Positions 1 to 10,164 of a DNA stretch of 64,000 nucleotides are shown piece after piece. Numbering within the stretch: position 1 is the stretch's first letter; every line of letters begins with the position of its first letter. The stretch is taken from positions 64,001 through 128,000 of IMG/VR virus record IMGVR_UViG_3300035070_003385; one strand, 5' to 3'. The stretch comes from a virus. Below the pieces are notes generated by a model. It was not told where the DNA came from, did not search any database, and was given only the letters and a program-made list of their open reading frames with translations. The position numbers were made by a program, and so were the translations under genes.

Positions 1-90
1 AATAGTGTAACAGCTATGTTAAAGTTCTGTAACAGGACTGTAAAAAAGAGAGTTAAACTTTTTTTCTGTTTCCTATAATAAACATTTTTG

Positions 91-501
91 TTACATTGCG
101 CAATCAAGATCCCCATGATTATCAAGATGGTCTGGTGCGCGCCACGACGCGGGTTTGACCAAGTCTGGCATTCCAAACGGATTTGGGCGACCTTCTTTAA
201 TGCCAACTTCTTTTGCCATGTTAGCGTCGTATACACGATCCCATGCTACATTTGCGTCCACGCCAAATACATCAAGAGTGCCGATTGCAAACACACACAT
301 ATCAATAAGGCCGTCCACAATCTCTTCAGGGTCACGTGCTTCAATAGCATCCAATGTTTCATCTAATTCTTCCTTACACATAGAGAGTCGAAACTTTAGG
401 TATTTGTCCATAAGTTCTTGGTTATCTTTGTTGTTTTCAAACCATTCACGTACACCAAACTTGTGATGCATCATCATAATATCATTTGCCCAATCAGACA
501 T
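91..501 (-). CDS. MazG-like / all-alpha NTP pyrophosphohydrolase
   Basis: KEELDETLDA...EEIVDGLIDM acidic ExxE/ExxD metal motifs; upstream TTGACA promoter on minus strand (528-556). Confidence 0.7.
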   Translation of the reverse strand: MSDWANDIMMMHHKFGVREWFENNKDNQELMDKYLKFRLSMCKEELDETLDAIEARDPEEIVDGLIDMCVFAIGTLDVFGVDANVAWDRVYDANMAKEVGIKEGRPNPFGMPDLVKPASWRAPDHLDNHGDLDCAM

Positions 502-559
502 AGTTAATCTCCTTCATTATATAATTTATATTACCACACTTTTGTAATATTGTCAACCT

Positions 560-748
560 TTATTTAGACATCCTTAGATATTCTTCAAGAGCATTTATTT
601 CGTCTTTTATTTTTAATTTTTCGATCTTTGCTTTTTTAATATATACTTCGGGTGATTTTTCAGATTCAAATACTTTTATTGTATTGTCTAAGTGTTTGTG
701 GCGTTTTTTAAGCAAATTAATGCGATGAATTCTGTCTTCGTTGTTCAT
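560..748 (-). CDS. DUF465/YdcH-like small coiled-coil protein
   Basis: LKKRHKHLDNTI...KIEKLKIKDEI pattern. Confidence 0.6.
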   Translation of the reverse strand: MNNEDRIHRINLLKKRHKHLDNTIKVFESEKSPEVYIKKAKIEKLKIKDEINALEEYLRMSK

Positions 749-759
749 TTTGGTTTCTC

Positions 760-3288
760 CTACACAAAAAAGCTTTCAAGAGTATCCTTTTTCTCGGCAT
801 GCCATCCTATTGCTTCAAGAATACTTTCAACTGGACTCAAGAATACTTTGTTAAATTGAGTTTCGTAATCTACATATTCATCCAATCCTAACTGTTTTGG
901 CAATACATTTGGAAAAGAAATAATATTTTCATGAAGCGGGTTTGGAAGTTTCAGATATACGAATTTGATCTTATCACCGCTTTTTACAGCTTCATACGTT
1001 TTGTTTAGTTTTTTTTCTTTAAGAAATTTATTGTACAAGATTGCACCGCGAACATGCATAGGACAACCTTTTTTATACGTACCACTTGACATATACTTTT
1101 CAATATTGTCTGTGCCTGAATTACGACCAACTGACTCAGGAGGGAGGTTATAAAATTCTGTTCTAAAGTTTGCAATAAAGTTCTGAACGTCAGACTCGGT
1201 ACCTTGCATAATAACTTCAAAAGCTTTTTTCATTTTTTCACGGCATACTTCGGGAGTAGAAGATCGAACAGATTCCAAACCTGTTACTGAAATCTTTGGC
1301 TTTTCGTAGTGAACACCTTCAGAGTTAAGAGTATTCATAATGTAACGTTTTTTCGCGATGAATACTGACTTGTCAGTAATCTTTTCACGTTTCATTGACA
1401 TTGCTTGACGGTATGTGCCCATCTTTTTGGCAAGCTCTTTATAACCAGCCTCAATAATTGGTTCGATTTTCATTTGGCATACTTTATCAAGAAACTCTTC
1501 ACCTTTCTTACGATCAATGTCAATAGTGCCAAACGCAGACTCTACGATAGGAGCCATGTCAACGTAAATAGAGTCAGTATCAATATAAACGATATAATCA
1601 TTATCAGTTTTAAGGATTTTATTCATGTAATCGTTAACGGACTTCTGCGCGTACCGAATAGACAATTGGCCAGATGTAGTGATGGCCTCAGCCATATCGT
1701 TAATATAGTATAGAAAGTAAATGTTTGCCATTGCGCCGTAGAGTGAGTTCATACTAATTTTAATAGCCATTTGTGCATTGTGCAATTGGTTTGATTGCCG
1801 TTTTAGTCGATCCTTTTCTTTAGGGTCCGTTGCATTTTCGAGCTGTTGTTCAACCTCCAACATTTCTTTCTTGATGATCTTACGATTGCCATAGTATTCG
1901 TCAATGATTTCAGGAATGATACCAATATGTTTATTTGTAAAACACGCACCGTTTGCTGCAACAGAGACATCAGATTTTTGATTTTGGTAATTACCATCCA
2001 ATACCATGTCCTGTGAAACATAGTCACGTTCATCCTTCATATACGTTTCAGGAGACATATTGTACTGAAGCATTAGGTGTGGATACAGAGAGTTTAGATC
2101 GAAAGATACAATCCAAGGATGCATACCAACTTTTGGATCCTTTACATAACCACCAACGAGATCACCGGCACGTTGACCAGGTCCGCCTTTAATGTGTGGT
2201 ACTCTATTTTCTTGAATCAGTTTACGGTAGAGAGTGGTTTCCCAAATGCCAACCGTACCAAACGCGTCACCATAATTTACTCCGCCACCATAAGCAACCG
2301 TCATAACCAATTGGAGCAATGACGTTTCATCTTCCATTCTCTGAATGAGATGCGTATCCTTAAGGTTATAGTCAAGATACAATTGAGGGTTCTTTTCATA
2401 TAGAGTTGTAAGATCACCATATTCTGAGTAATCGAGTTTCTTTTCTCCAAGGATTACATATGCGATATGATCGAGTTTATACGACTCTTGTGGCCCGTAC
2501 TTATAACCAAACTTTTTGAACGCGTCCATATAATCAATTACTGTCATACCGGTAATTTGATAAGTGGAAGCAGGTTTTCCAAAGATTTCACGCGTTTTCA
2601 TGCGTATGTTTTTCCAAGGAGATAGCTGCTTTGCCTTTTCTTCACCAAATAATCGAATGATGCGAGTAACAACATACATAATATCAAAGTATTCAACGTT
2701 CCAACCTGTAATGACTTCAGGATAATCGTTCATCCAAATTTGAATAAACCGTTGAAGCATGGCCTCTTCAGTATCAAACTTCATAAACTGAATATCATCC
2801 GGGTCAATGCCAGTAATAGTTTTGCTCTTGTCATAATCTTTTTGGGCCAATAGATGATATGTACTTGACTTTGAAGATTTCATTGATATCGAAGTAATTA
2901 CTTTATCAGCTTCATCGATATTTGCATATCCATCGCTAATGTCAACCTCAATATCAAAAGACATAATATTAATTTTTTTCATATTAAATTTAACATTATT
3001 AGGATATTTTTGTTGAATGAATTGTGCTACGTAGTTTGTATTTCCATATAATTCAAAACCATGCACGTCCTTATGTTGTTCAATAAATTCCTTTGCTTCT
3101 GCCATAGAGAGACAGTGCCGAGGAGACAAAGGACGATTACTGATTAGAGAACGGTAATCGCCGTCTTTATCTGGTAAAAACAGAGTAGGTTTAAACTTTT
3201 CCTTGCGAGCAAACGGCTTTCCGTTTTCATATCCACGCCATAGGATATTGTTACCAAAACGTTCAACATTTGTATAAAAATTAGACAT
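760..3288 (-). CDS. 43: Family B DNA polymerase (T4 gp43)
   Basis: Exonuclease SFDIEV; polymerase SFDLNSLYP, KISMNSLYG, YIDTDS, KKRY. Confidence 0.98.
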   Translation of the reverse strand: MSNFYTNVERFGNNILWRGYENGKPFARKEKFKPTLFLPDKDGDYRSLISNRPLSPRHCLSMAEAKEFIEQHKDVHGFELYGNTNYVAQFIQQKYPNNVKFNMKKINIMSFDIEVDISDGYANIDEADKVITSISMKSSKSSTYHLLAQKDYDKSKTITGIDPDDIQFMKFDTEEAMLQRFIQIWMNDYPEVITGWNVEYFDIMYVVTRIIRLFGEEKAKQLSPWKNIRMKTREIFGKPASTYQITGMTVIDYMDAFKKFGYKYGPQESYKLDHIAYVILGEKKLDYSEYGDLTTLYEKNPQLYLDYNLKDTHLIQRMEDETSLLQLVMTVAYGGGVNYGDAFGTVGIWETTLYRKLIQENRVPHIKGGPGQRAGDLVGGYVKDPKVGMHPWIVSFDLNSLYPHLMLQYNMSPETYMKDERDYVSQDMVLDGNYQNQKSDVSVAANGACFTNKHIGIIPEIIDEYYGNRKIIKKEMLEVEQQLENATDPKEKDRLKRQSNQLHNAQMAIKISMNSLYGAMANIYFLYYINDMAEAITTSGQLSIRYAQKSVNDYMNKILKTDNDYIVYIDTDSIYVDMAPIVESAFGTIDIDRKKGEEFLDKVCQMKIEPIIEAGYKELAKKMGTYRQAMSMKREKITDKSVFIAKKRYIMNTLNSEGVHYEKPKISVTGLESVRSSTPEVCREKMKKAFEVIMQGTESDVQNFIANFRTEFYNLPPESVGRNSGTDNIEKYMSSGTYKKGCPMHVRGAILYNKFLKEKKLNKTYEAVKSGDKIKFVYLKLPNPLHENIISFPNVLPKQLGLDEYVDYETQFNKVFLSPVESILEAIGWHAEKKDTLESFFV

Positions 3289-3315
3289 GCGTATCCTTTA
3301 ATAATATATAAAACC

Positions 3316-3344
3316 ATAATACCACTGAATGGTACATATGTCAA
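3316..3344 (-). promoter_or_regulatory. sigma70-type promoter upstream of gene 43
   Basis: TTGACA-N17-TATTAT on minus strand. Confidence 0.6.
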
Positions 3345-3349
3345 CTAAT

Positions 3350-5062
3350 TTAAGTAGCAATTTGACTAAAGTTTTTAATTTTTTCAAATCTAACGTGTGA
3401 TTCAAACTTTTCGCTAAATTGATCACCACGATGGGAAATGACAAAAATATTATCGTTACTATTTAAATTATGCAAAGTATCAATTAAGTTTTCAACTCCA
3501 GTTGCATCCATTGCGCCATCAAGAGTTTCGTCAAGAATGAGTAAGTTTGTTGAAACAGAATTGCGTAGCTTAGCGACAGCACGCCAAGACATCATAATTG
3601 AAAGAGTAATCCGAAGCTTTTCACCTTCTGAAAACGAAGAATACGAAAAGGCATCACGAAAACGAGATTTAATTATTTCATTAAAATTTTCGTCGAGATG
3701 GAAGTCAACAAACAGTTCAAACGCGGACAGGTATTTGTTAATGAGTTTATTCATAACTGGAATGTATTGTTTAATGATTCGCGTTTTAATGCCACCATCT
3801 TTTAGCATTGTGTTTACTACATTTAATGTTTCTTTTTTATCAAATAATTCATTTTGCTCGGACTGTAATAGTTTAAGGTTTGTATTATAATCATCAAGTT
3901 TACTTGTGTCAACCTCTTCAACTTCTTTTTCTGCATCGTCAAGTTCTTTTTTATACGACTTGAGAGCATTTATTGACATTTTAATCTGTGCGCGATGTTC
4001 GCCAATCGTAAGATTGTTTTCCTGGATTTGGTCCTCGACCAAAGAAATATCTTCTATTCTTGTTTCATATTCTTTTATCTTTTCCGATAATTTTACTATA
4101 CCATCCTTGATTTCCTTTACCTTTTTACTCTTTTCGGTAACAACGTTTTCTTTGAAATCGTGGTCGATGCCTTGCTTACATGTAGGACAATTATCGTTAT
4201 CATGGTAAAAGCTTAAATCTTTTTGATACGTTTTTATGTCATTTTCTAATTCACGCTGTAAACCTTTTGCATTTTCAAGACGTTTTTTAATTGTTTGTTT
4301 GTCAGATATAGTTTCAATAAGATTTTTAATTACTACTTCGACTTCTTCAATTTCTTCTTTTTCTATTTCTATTTTTTCAAGATGTTGTTGAATTTTTTCT
4401 TTAATCTTAACAACTTCTGTTTTTTTAATTTTTAAAATAGAATCATTATGTTCTTTTGCACTTTCAATCTTTGAATTAATAATATCTATATGATAATTAT
4501 TTTCAGTTATAGATTCTTTATTTGTTGAAACTTTATCTTTCAACAAATTATTCATTGTACTAAAAACTTGAATGTCAAGCAGATCTTCAATTATTTCACG
4601 ACGAGAGTGCGCTGGAAGCTCCATAAAAGGCACATATGTAGCACTACCTAATACCACAATTTGATTAAACGACTTATAGTTTAGGCCGAGAATGTTTTGT
4701 TCCAAATACGATTGGTAATCTCTTGATGCGGCATCTTGGTCGACTAATTCTCCGTCACGATAAATTTCAAAGATATTTGGCTTAATCCCACGGCGAATTA
4801 AATATTCGTTTCCTGAAACTAAAAATTCAATTTCAACAACAGCATCCTTTTGGTTAATAGAGTTTATTAGCTGCGGCTTATTTACTTTACGAAAAGGTTT
4901 TCCATATAAAGCAAAGGTAATGGCATCAAGCATTGTACTCTTGCCACTTCCATTAGATCCACTTACTAAAGTAGTTTTGCTTTTATTTAAATTAATTTCA
5001 GTAAATACATTACCAGTCGATAGCACATTTTTATAGCGCACTTTTTTAAATTGTATTTGCAT
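3350..5062 (-). CDS. 46: Recombination endonuclease subunit, Rad50/SbcC-like (gp46)
   Basis: Walker A GSNGSGKS, coiled coil with CPTC zinc hook, FSEGE signature, LILDE Walker B. Confidence 0.96.
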   Translation of the reverse strand: MQIQFKKVRYKNVLSTGNVFTEINLNKSKTTLVSGSNGSGKSTMLDAITFALYGKPFRKVNKPQLINSINQKDAVVEIEFLVSGNEYLIRRGIKPNIFEIYRDGELVDQDAASRDYQSYLEQNILGLNYKSFNQIVVLGSATYVPFMELPAHSRREIIEDLLDIQVFSTMNNLLKDKVSTNKESITENNYHIDIINSKIESAKEHNDSILKIKKTEVVKIKEKIQQHLEKIEIEKEEIEEVEVVIKNLIETISDKQTIKKRLENAKGLQRELENDIKTYQKDLSFYHDNDNCPTCKQGIDHDFKENVVTEKSKKVKEIKDGIVKLSEKIKEYETRIEDISLVEDQIQENNLTIGEHRAQIKMSINALKSYKKELDDAEKEVEEVDTSKLDDYNTNLKLLQSEQNELFDKKETLNVVNTMLKDGGIKTRIIKQYIPVMNKLINKYLSAFELFVDFHLDENFNEIIKSRFRDAFSYSSFSEGEKLRITLSIMMSWRAVAKLRNSVSTNLLILDETLDGAMDATGVENLIDTLHNLNSNDNIFVISHRGDQFSEKFESHVRFEKIKNFSQIAT

Positions 5063-6123
5063 TATAAATTCATTGCCTCTACATAAAGTTCATCAATAAC
5101 TTTTTTGATTTTTTTCTTTTCTACTGTCGTTTCGATAGAATCAATATATGCGTGTAGAATATCTTTTGTTTCCTGAGTTTCATCAAGAATTTCATCTACA
5201 CCAGAAGACTCCAAGTTGAGAGTATCATCGATAGATTTTACATCGGCCGCGCCGCTGTCTGCTATTTTATTTAAAAATGTATCATACAAATATCCATTTG
5301 TTCTATTTTTTACAATTACCTTTACATATGTATTTTTTAATACATCAGTATTAATATTTGCGATATCCTCAATAGTCATATTTTCATCATCATATTCAAT
5401 TTTATGGAATATACGATTAGGGTTTTTTATAAATTCAATATCTCGAGTTTCCGTGTCAAACACATGAAAACCACGTCGGCCGTTATAATCAGTCCACGTC
5501 ATTTCATATTGAGCTCCAAGGTATTTAATATTGCTATATTCTGAAGGGTGGTGGAAATGGCCAGAATATACAGCTTCAAATCCAGAAAATATATCTTTCT
5601 TTAAACCATGATCACAAAGCATACCTTTCATCATTTCAAAACCTTCAATTTCAAAATGGCCTAAAAGAATATTTGCGTCTGAAGAACTAATGGCGGCATG
5701 ACATTCTTCGCGATTATCTTTAGTAATCCATGGTACCATCATAAATTTAGTAGAACCAAATGATAATTCCACAGGTTCACGGTCGTATATGTGAAAATTA
5801 TCATATTCCTGTAATAACAAAGACATAGAATTTACTTCGTTTGTATTTGTAAAATAAACACTATGATTACCAACAACTGCGTGATATTCGATATTGCGAG
5901 ACGCTAACTGGCTAAAGAAAAACTCTTTTGCTCTTTTTAATGTAACATAATTAATATACTTACGTCTATCAAACGTATCACCAAGATCCATTACAATTGT
6001 AATTTTATTATCATCTAAGTAAGGAAAAAACACTTCCGCAAAAAACTTTTCTTGATGATCCAAAAATATTTTGCTATCACCTCTACAACCAAAGTGATTA
6101 TCATTAATAAAAGCAATCTTCAT
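5062..6123 (-). CDS. 47: Recombination endonuclease subunit, Mre11/SbcD-like (gp47)
   Basis: Metallophosphoesterase motifs NDNHFG, LGDTFD, GNH, SGHFH; adjacent to 46. Confidence 0.95.
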   Translation of the reverse strand: MKIAFINDNHFGCRGDSKIFLDHQEKFFAEVFFPYLDDNKITIVMDLGDTFDRRKYINYVTLKRAKEFFFSQLASRNIEYHAVVGNHSVYFTNTNEVNSMSLLLQEYDNFHIYDREPVELSFGSTKFMMVPWITKDNREECHAAISSSDANILLGHFEIEGFEMMKGMLCDHGLKKDIFSGFEAVYSGHFHHPSEYSNIKYLGAQYEMTWTDYNGRRGFHVFDTETRDIEFIKNPNRIFHKIEYDDENMTIEDIANINTDVLKNTYVKVIVKNRTNGYLYDTFLNKIADSGAADVKSIDDTLNLESSGVDEILDETQETKDILHAYIDSIETTVEKKKIKKVIDELYVEAMNL

Positions 6124-6680
6124 TTATCGTCGTCTTCCTTCTTAACTTCAACTTCGATTGTTTCTACGACTTCTTTCGGTTGCTTTGGAATTTTACTCTT
6201 CGCTAGCTTTTCCTCATAGTCACTAACAAAGTGATTTATATAATCTGCGTTTGTATTTAAATGCAATTGAACTTCGTTTGATTCATATGTAGCGCCTTGT
6301 GCAACCATATTATGAGATGATTTAAAACGAATATACATTTGCTTTTTTTCTTTTTGAATACGGCGCAAAAATGCGTACCAAATAATCTGTGTAAAATACG
6401 CAAACGGGTTTGATGATTTGTTATGATCAAAATTACCAATGTATAAAAGACAGTTTTCAATACCATCCATAATCATATCTTCTTTATAGGTGTATCCTGA
6501 AAAGTTTGGTTTTGTTGCTAAACGATTTGCAATTTTAAAAATACATTCACCGATATAATTTGGTACAGTAGGCAAATCATCACCTTGGTCTTCTGCCTCT
6601 TGACATTTTTTCTTATACTCAATAAGAGCATCTAGCAAATCTTTATTATTTACATAATTTCTTTTTACCCGGCGAGCCAT
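6120..6680 (-). CDS. 55: Late sigma factor (gp55)
   Basis: YVNNKDL, NFSGYTYKEDMIMDGIENC, NPFAYFTQIIWYAFLRRI. Confidence 0.95.
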   Translation of the reverse strand: MARRVKRNYVNNKDLLDALIEYKKKCQEAEDQGDDLPTVPNYIGECIFKIANRLATKPNFSGYTYKEDMIMDGIENCLLYIGNFDHNKSSNPFAYFTQIIWYAFLRRIQKEKKQMYIRFKSSHNMVAQGATYESNEVQLHLNTNADYINHFVSDYEEKLAKSKIPKQPKEVVETIEVEVKKEDDDK

Positions 6681-6711
6681 GATACTACTCCTTTATATCT
6701 TTGTTATATAC

Positions 6712-6740
6712 ATTTTATATTAGAATTTGAAAAATGTCAA
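6712..6740 (-). promoter_or_regulatory. sigma70-type promoter upstream of gene 55
   Basis: TTGACA-N17-TAAAAT on minus strand. Confidence 0.6.
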
Positions 6741-6783
6741 CTGTTAATTTGAAAAATATTTTCATCAACTGTGCATTTTTCTA

Positions 6784-6811
6784 TTGACATTTTCAAAATA
6801 ATGAGTATAAT
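6784..6811 (+). promoter_or_regulatory. Consensus sigma70 promoter facing the 3' end of uvsW (antisense)
   Basis: TTGACA-N16-TATAAT; no plus-strand ORF downstream. Confidence 0.45.
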
Positions 6812-6841
6812 AGAATTATTAATTCTGGGAGTTGTGGTATA

Positions 6842-8338
6842 CTATTCTAATGGTATGGTGTATATTTTAAATGGAAAATGTTCTTCTGAGTATATTTCTA
6901 TACGTCTCTTAAAGTGATTAAGAGTATAGTTTGTAAATGCTCCTACAGAAAGGTCATCTGCAATATCATACAGAGTAGCTTTATTTGAGTCATCAGCTTT
7001 ACGTAATGTTCTACCAATTGATTGGAGTACTTTAATTTCAGATTTAGATCCAGATGCAAATATAACATTATCTAATCTTTTAATATTTACACCTGTTGAA
7101 AACACTCCGTATGATGCCAATATGTCATGTTGTTTGATAGGGTCATTTTCGACAAGGTGGCGAATGTTTTCGCGTTCATTACCTTTTACGCCACCATATA
7201 CAAAATGTAATTGACGATCGTCTCTCCGAAGGAGTGGCTCTAATACCTTACCGTGTTTTTCAACAAGATCGAACAAAATAAGATTATTTTGTCCTTTTAA
7301 AGACCATACAAGATTGCGAATAAAAATATTTCTTTTTTCGTGGTTAATAAGATATTCTCTTTCAGCAGGATATCTTTTTTGTTTAACTTGAATAGAATTA
7401 AAAGCTTTACGGAAATCTTTTCGTTTATTTTCAGGATGAGAAAGTACTATAGCTTTTACTTGAAAGTTTGCTACGGTACCTTCTTCAATAAGATCCTTTG
7501 TTTTTACAAATCTTTTAACTTGACCAAAACAACCTTCGAGAATAAGCTGATGAGTCTTTGACTCTCCTGACTTTAGAGTACCAGTAAATCCGTGGCGATA
7601 TTCGCATTCAGTTAACTTTTCCATAATCGTAGTCAAAGACTTTGCTTGGAACAAGTGAGCTTCATCACCTAGTGCTACTCTAAATTGGTCAAACCATTCC
7701 TTTGGTTGTTTAATTAAAGACTGCCACGTACTGATTACGATTGGCGCAGATGTATTCTTATCTATCCCACCCTGGATCTTATATATCATAGAAGGATCGC
7801 AACCATAGTCCGCAAAGTCACCTGCCATCTGATGGACGAGCGAAATTGTTGGGACAATGATAAGAGTCCTATGGCCAAACGCTTGATAATAGTGCTGCTG
7901 AATTAGGTAAATAATAAGTGACTTGCCAGAAGAAGTTGGAGACAGAGAAAGTGAACGGTTATTTTTAATTGCACTTACAACATATTCGTTTTGATAATCG
8001 CGAGGAGTAAACTTACAGTTTATTTCTTTTGCAATTTCGTAACCATAGTCTTCAGGTACTTTATTATCTACGATTAATTCATCTGATATTGAAAGATCAT
8101 ACTCACGCTCTTCGCAGAATTTTTTTAAGTATGGAAGGAGACCGACGTATAGAACAGGTCTCATTGGCTGGTAAATACGAATATAACCATCCCAGACTCT
8201 TGCTTTGAATTTGGGACTGAACTGATATCCATCCGGCCGAAAGGAAAAATAATTCATTATTTCCTGACGTGTACCAGGGTCAGCAGTTACTTTCATGTGA
8301 ACGGCGTTAATATATTCTACTGTTACCACGTCTGTCAT
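6842..8338 (-). CDS. uvsW: SF2 DNA helicase UvsW
   Basis: SPTSSGKS, DEAH, TGT, QSIGRTLR; start moved to MTDVV. Confidence 0.96.
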   Translation of the reverse strand: MTDVVTVEYINAVHMKVTADPGTRQEIMNYFSFRPDGYQFSPKFKARVWDGYIRIYQPMRPVLYVGLLPYLKKFCEEREYDLSISDELIVDNKVPEDYGYEIAKEINCKFTPRDYQNEYVVSAIKNNRSLSLSPTSSGKSLIIYLIQQHYYQAFGHRTLIIVPTISLVHQMAGDFADYGCDPSMIYKIQGGIDKNTSAPIVISTWQSLIKQPKEWFDQFRVALGDEAHLFQAKSLTTIMEKLTECEYRHGFTGTLKSGESKTHQLILEGCFGQVKRFVKTKDLIEEGTVANFQVKAIVLSHPENKRKDFRKAFNSIQVKQKRYPAEREYLINHEKRNIFIRNLVWSLKGQNNLILFDLVEKHGKVLEPLLRRDDRQLHFVYGGVKGNERENIRHLVENDPIKQHDILASYGVFSTGVNIKRLDNVIFASGSKSEIKVLQSIGRTLRKADDSNKATLYDIADDLSVGAFTNYTLNHFKRRIEIYSEEHFPFKIYTIPLE

Positions 8339-8355
8339 TATATACCTACTTATTA

Positions 8356-8805
8356 TTATCCGCCAGCCTGGAAGCGAGCCCAATCTATCATATTCTTAAC
8401 TATGAAGTTCCTATTATTTATCTGTCTAACAATACTTTCCAAATACTTTGCTCTTTCCTCGTGTAATGCTATTTTTAAGCTAAGTTGTATTATTTCACTA
8501 TCGCTCTGAACATAACGGTCTAAATCACCACGAAGAACTTTAAGCTGAAAGGGTTTCCATCCCCTATCTTTAAGATCCAACTCGTCCATTGTTCCATTAT
8601 AATAGTCTGACTTTATTTTTTCAAATTCAAGCAAGTCAGCTTTTAGCTTTTTTACCTTTAGAGCTTCGCGGTAAAAAAGGTTATAGTACTTATTATGAAG
8701 CTCAGGAATGCGTGAAGATTCACGAGACAAGTTAGTTTCGTCAATCTTACAATCCTGAGCCCATAGATGATTTATTTCATCAATATCCATATCGCGCATC
8801 TCCAT
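8356..8805 (-). CDS. uvsY: Recombination mediator UvsY
   Basis: IPELHNKY, C-terminal IKNMIDW-like F..G ending (IVKNMIDWARFQAGG); next to uvsW. Confidence 0.9.
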   Translation of the reverse strand: MEMRDMDIDEINHLWAQDCKIDETNLSRESSRIPELHNKYYNLFYREALKVKKLKADLLEFEKIKSDYYNGTMDELDLKDRGWKPFQLKVLRGDLDRYVQSDSEIIQLSLKIALHEERAKYLESIVRQINNRNFIVKNMIDWARFQAGG

Positions 8806-8823
8806 TATGTAGTATATAGTACA

Positions 8824-8852
8824 AATATATCACAGAAGTGAGTAAATGTCAA
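8824..8852 (-). promoter_or_regulatory. sigma70-type promoter upstream of uvsY
   Basis: TTGACA-N17-TATATT on minus strand. Confidence 0.6.
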
Positions 8853-9325
8853 CCGTTCTGTTTAGCAACTTGCTTTTCATATTCGGCTCTATCGACGATT
8901 CCTTCATTAAGTAATTTTTGACGGTTAACTTCGTGAGCTGCCTGGGTTTCTTCTTTTGACCCGCCAAAATATGGAACAGCGTGTCCTTCTTCAATAAGTA
9001 TTTCAGTTAAACGCTTATCTGCTCCATTGTAATTTTCAATAATAAAATCGCCAAGTACTCGTCCAAACTTGCCTTTCATATCTTCGCCATTTTTACTTAC
9101 TTCAGTTTTAAGAATAACATCTCCAGAAAGAAGTTCTTTTACTCTTGCCTTTGCGGCTTCCCCAAACAAGTCTTCAACTTTATCTGAAGTTCTAGATTCT
9201 GGAGTATCAATACCCATAATGCGTACTCTTTCGTCCGCAAGTACTACTCCGAATCCTAATTCTATGTCAACATCTACGGTGTCCCCATCAATTACTTTAT
9301 TAACGGTGCATCTATATTCGTACAT
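8849..9325 (-). CDS. Thermonuclease (SNase-like) family nuclease
   Basis: VIDGDTV, RVRIMGIDTPE, GKFGRVLG. Confidence 0.88.
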   Translation of the reverse strand: MYEYRCTVNKVIDGDTVDVDIELGFGVVLADERVRIMGIDTPESRTSDKVEDLFGEAAKARVKELLSGDVILKTEVSKNGEDMKGKFGRVLGDFIIENYNGADKRLTEILIEEGHAVPYFGGSKEETQAAHEVNRQKLLNEGIVDRAEYEKQVAKQNG

Positions 9326-9336
9326 TTATTATTTCC

Positions 9337-9822
9337 TTATAGTTGTGTGATTTTAAAATCTCTAAACGTAAAACTTACCGTTGCTTGCGGGTACGTGACA
9401 TCGGTTTGAGTTGTATCAAGAGTTATATCAGATAGGTTTGTTGGAAAACAATCTCTAAATTCTATGTTTATGTTTGGGTTTTTGTGGCTGTTCATAATCA
9501 CAAGCGAAATATCTGTAAGAATTCCGTATTCACCATCTTTTATTCTGTCAAATTGTTCAAATTCTTCATTAAAGGTCATATCTTTTAACCAATTATAAAC
9601 TTCTATATAATTATTCATTGATTCATCAACTATAAATGATAAAGGCAATTCACCATAAGTTAAACGATCTCCAGGAACTGGTACAATTTTAAAAGGCGTA
9701 TTTTGATCTACCTGTGCAATCGAAACAGATGGGATTGTTACAGACTGAGTAAAAAATTCTACTTGCGGCAACCTTCTTACAGTTACTACAAATTCTAATG
9801 GCGATAAAAAATTAGTTATCAT
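9337..9822 (-). CDS. 3: Tail completion/sheath stabilizer (gp3-like)
   Basis: NFLSPLEF, PGDRLTYGEL.LSFIVDE.M.NY.EVYNWL; late promoter upstream. Confidence 0.8.
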   Translation of the reverse strand: MITNFLSPLEFVVTVRRLPQVEFFTQSVTIPSVSIAQVDQNTPFKIVPVPGDRLTYGELPLSFIVDESMNNYIEVYNWLKDMTFNEEFEQFDRIKDGEYGILTDISLVIMNSHKNPNINIEFRDCFPTNLSDITLDTTQTDVTYPQATVSFTFRDFKITQL

Positions 9823-9863
9823 CGTTTTTCCTATTTACATTTATATAAAAGTGTTATATAATC

Positions 9864-9871
9864 TATTTATA
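9864..9871 (-). promoter_or_regulatory. T4-type late promoter
   Basis: TATAAATA on minus strand upstream of gene 3. Confidence 0.75.
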
Positions 9872-9891
9872 TAAATGCAATACAGAATTAA

Positions 9892-9899
9892 TATAAATA
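9892..9899 (+). promoter_or_regulatory. T4-type late promoter
   Basis: TATAAATA upstream of the plus-strand unit. Confidence 0.6.
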
Positions 9900-9926
9900 A
9901 GATTACAAGTCGTGGTGTTTACTCGT

Positions 9927-10103
9927 ATGGTAAAAAGAAAAAATAAAAATCCTCCTATAATTCTCAATCCGTGTATAAGTGTATGTATTATTAAAAATAA
10001 TTCATGTATAGGATGTAAGAGGACCCAAAAGGAAATTTCTGAATGGTTTTGGATGGAAGACAGCACGAAGCAAAAAATAATGATGTCCTTGAAAAAAAGA
10101 TAA
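9927..10103 (+). CDS. DUF1289-like small Cys-rich protein
   Basis: NPCISVC...CIGCKRTQKEISEW. Confidence 0.75.
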   Translation: MVKRKNKNPPIILNPCISVCIIKNNSCIGCKRTQKEISEWFWMEDSTKQKIMMSLKKR

Positions 10104-10162
10104 TGTTATTGGGTATGCAAGATCCGTGTGATGATTGTACTCATTGGGTAGGAAAAATATAG
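10103..10162 (+). CDS. Putative 19-aa microprotein MLLGMQDPCDDCTHWVGKI
   Basis: ATG overlaps previous stop (TAATG); fills the gap to the next gene; CxxC. Confidence 0.4.
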   Translation: MLLGMQDPCDDCTHWVGKI

Positions 10163-10164
10163 AT

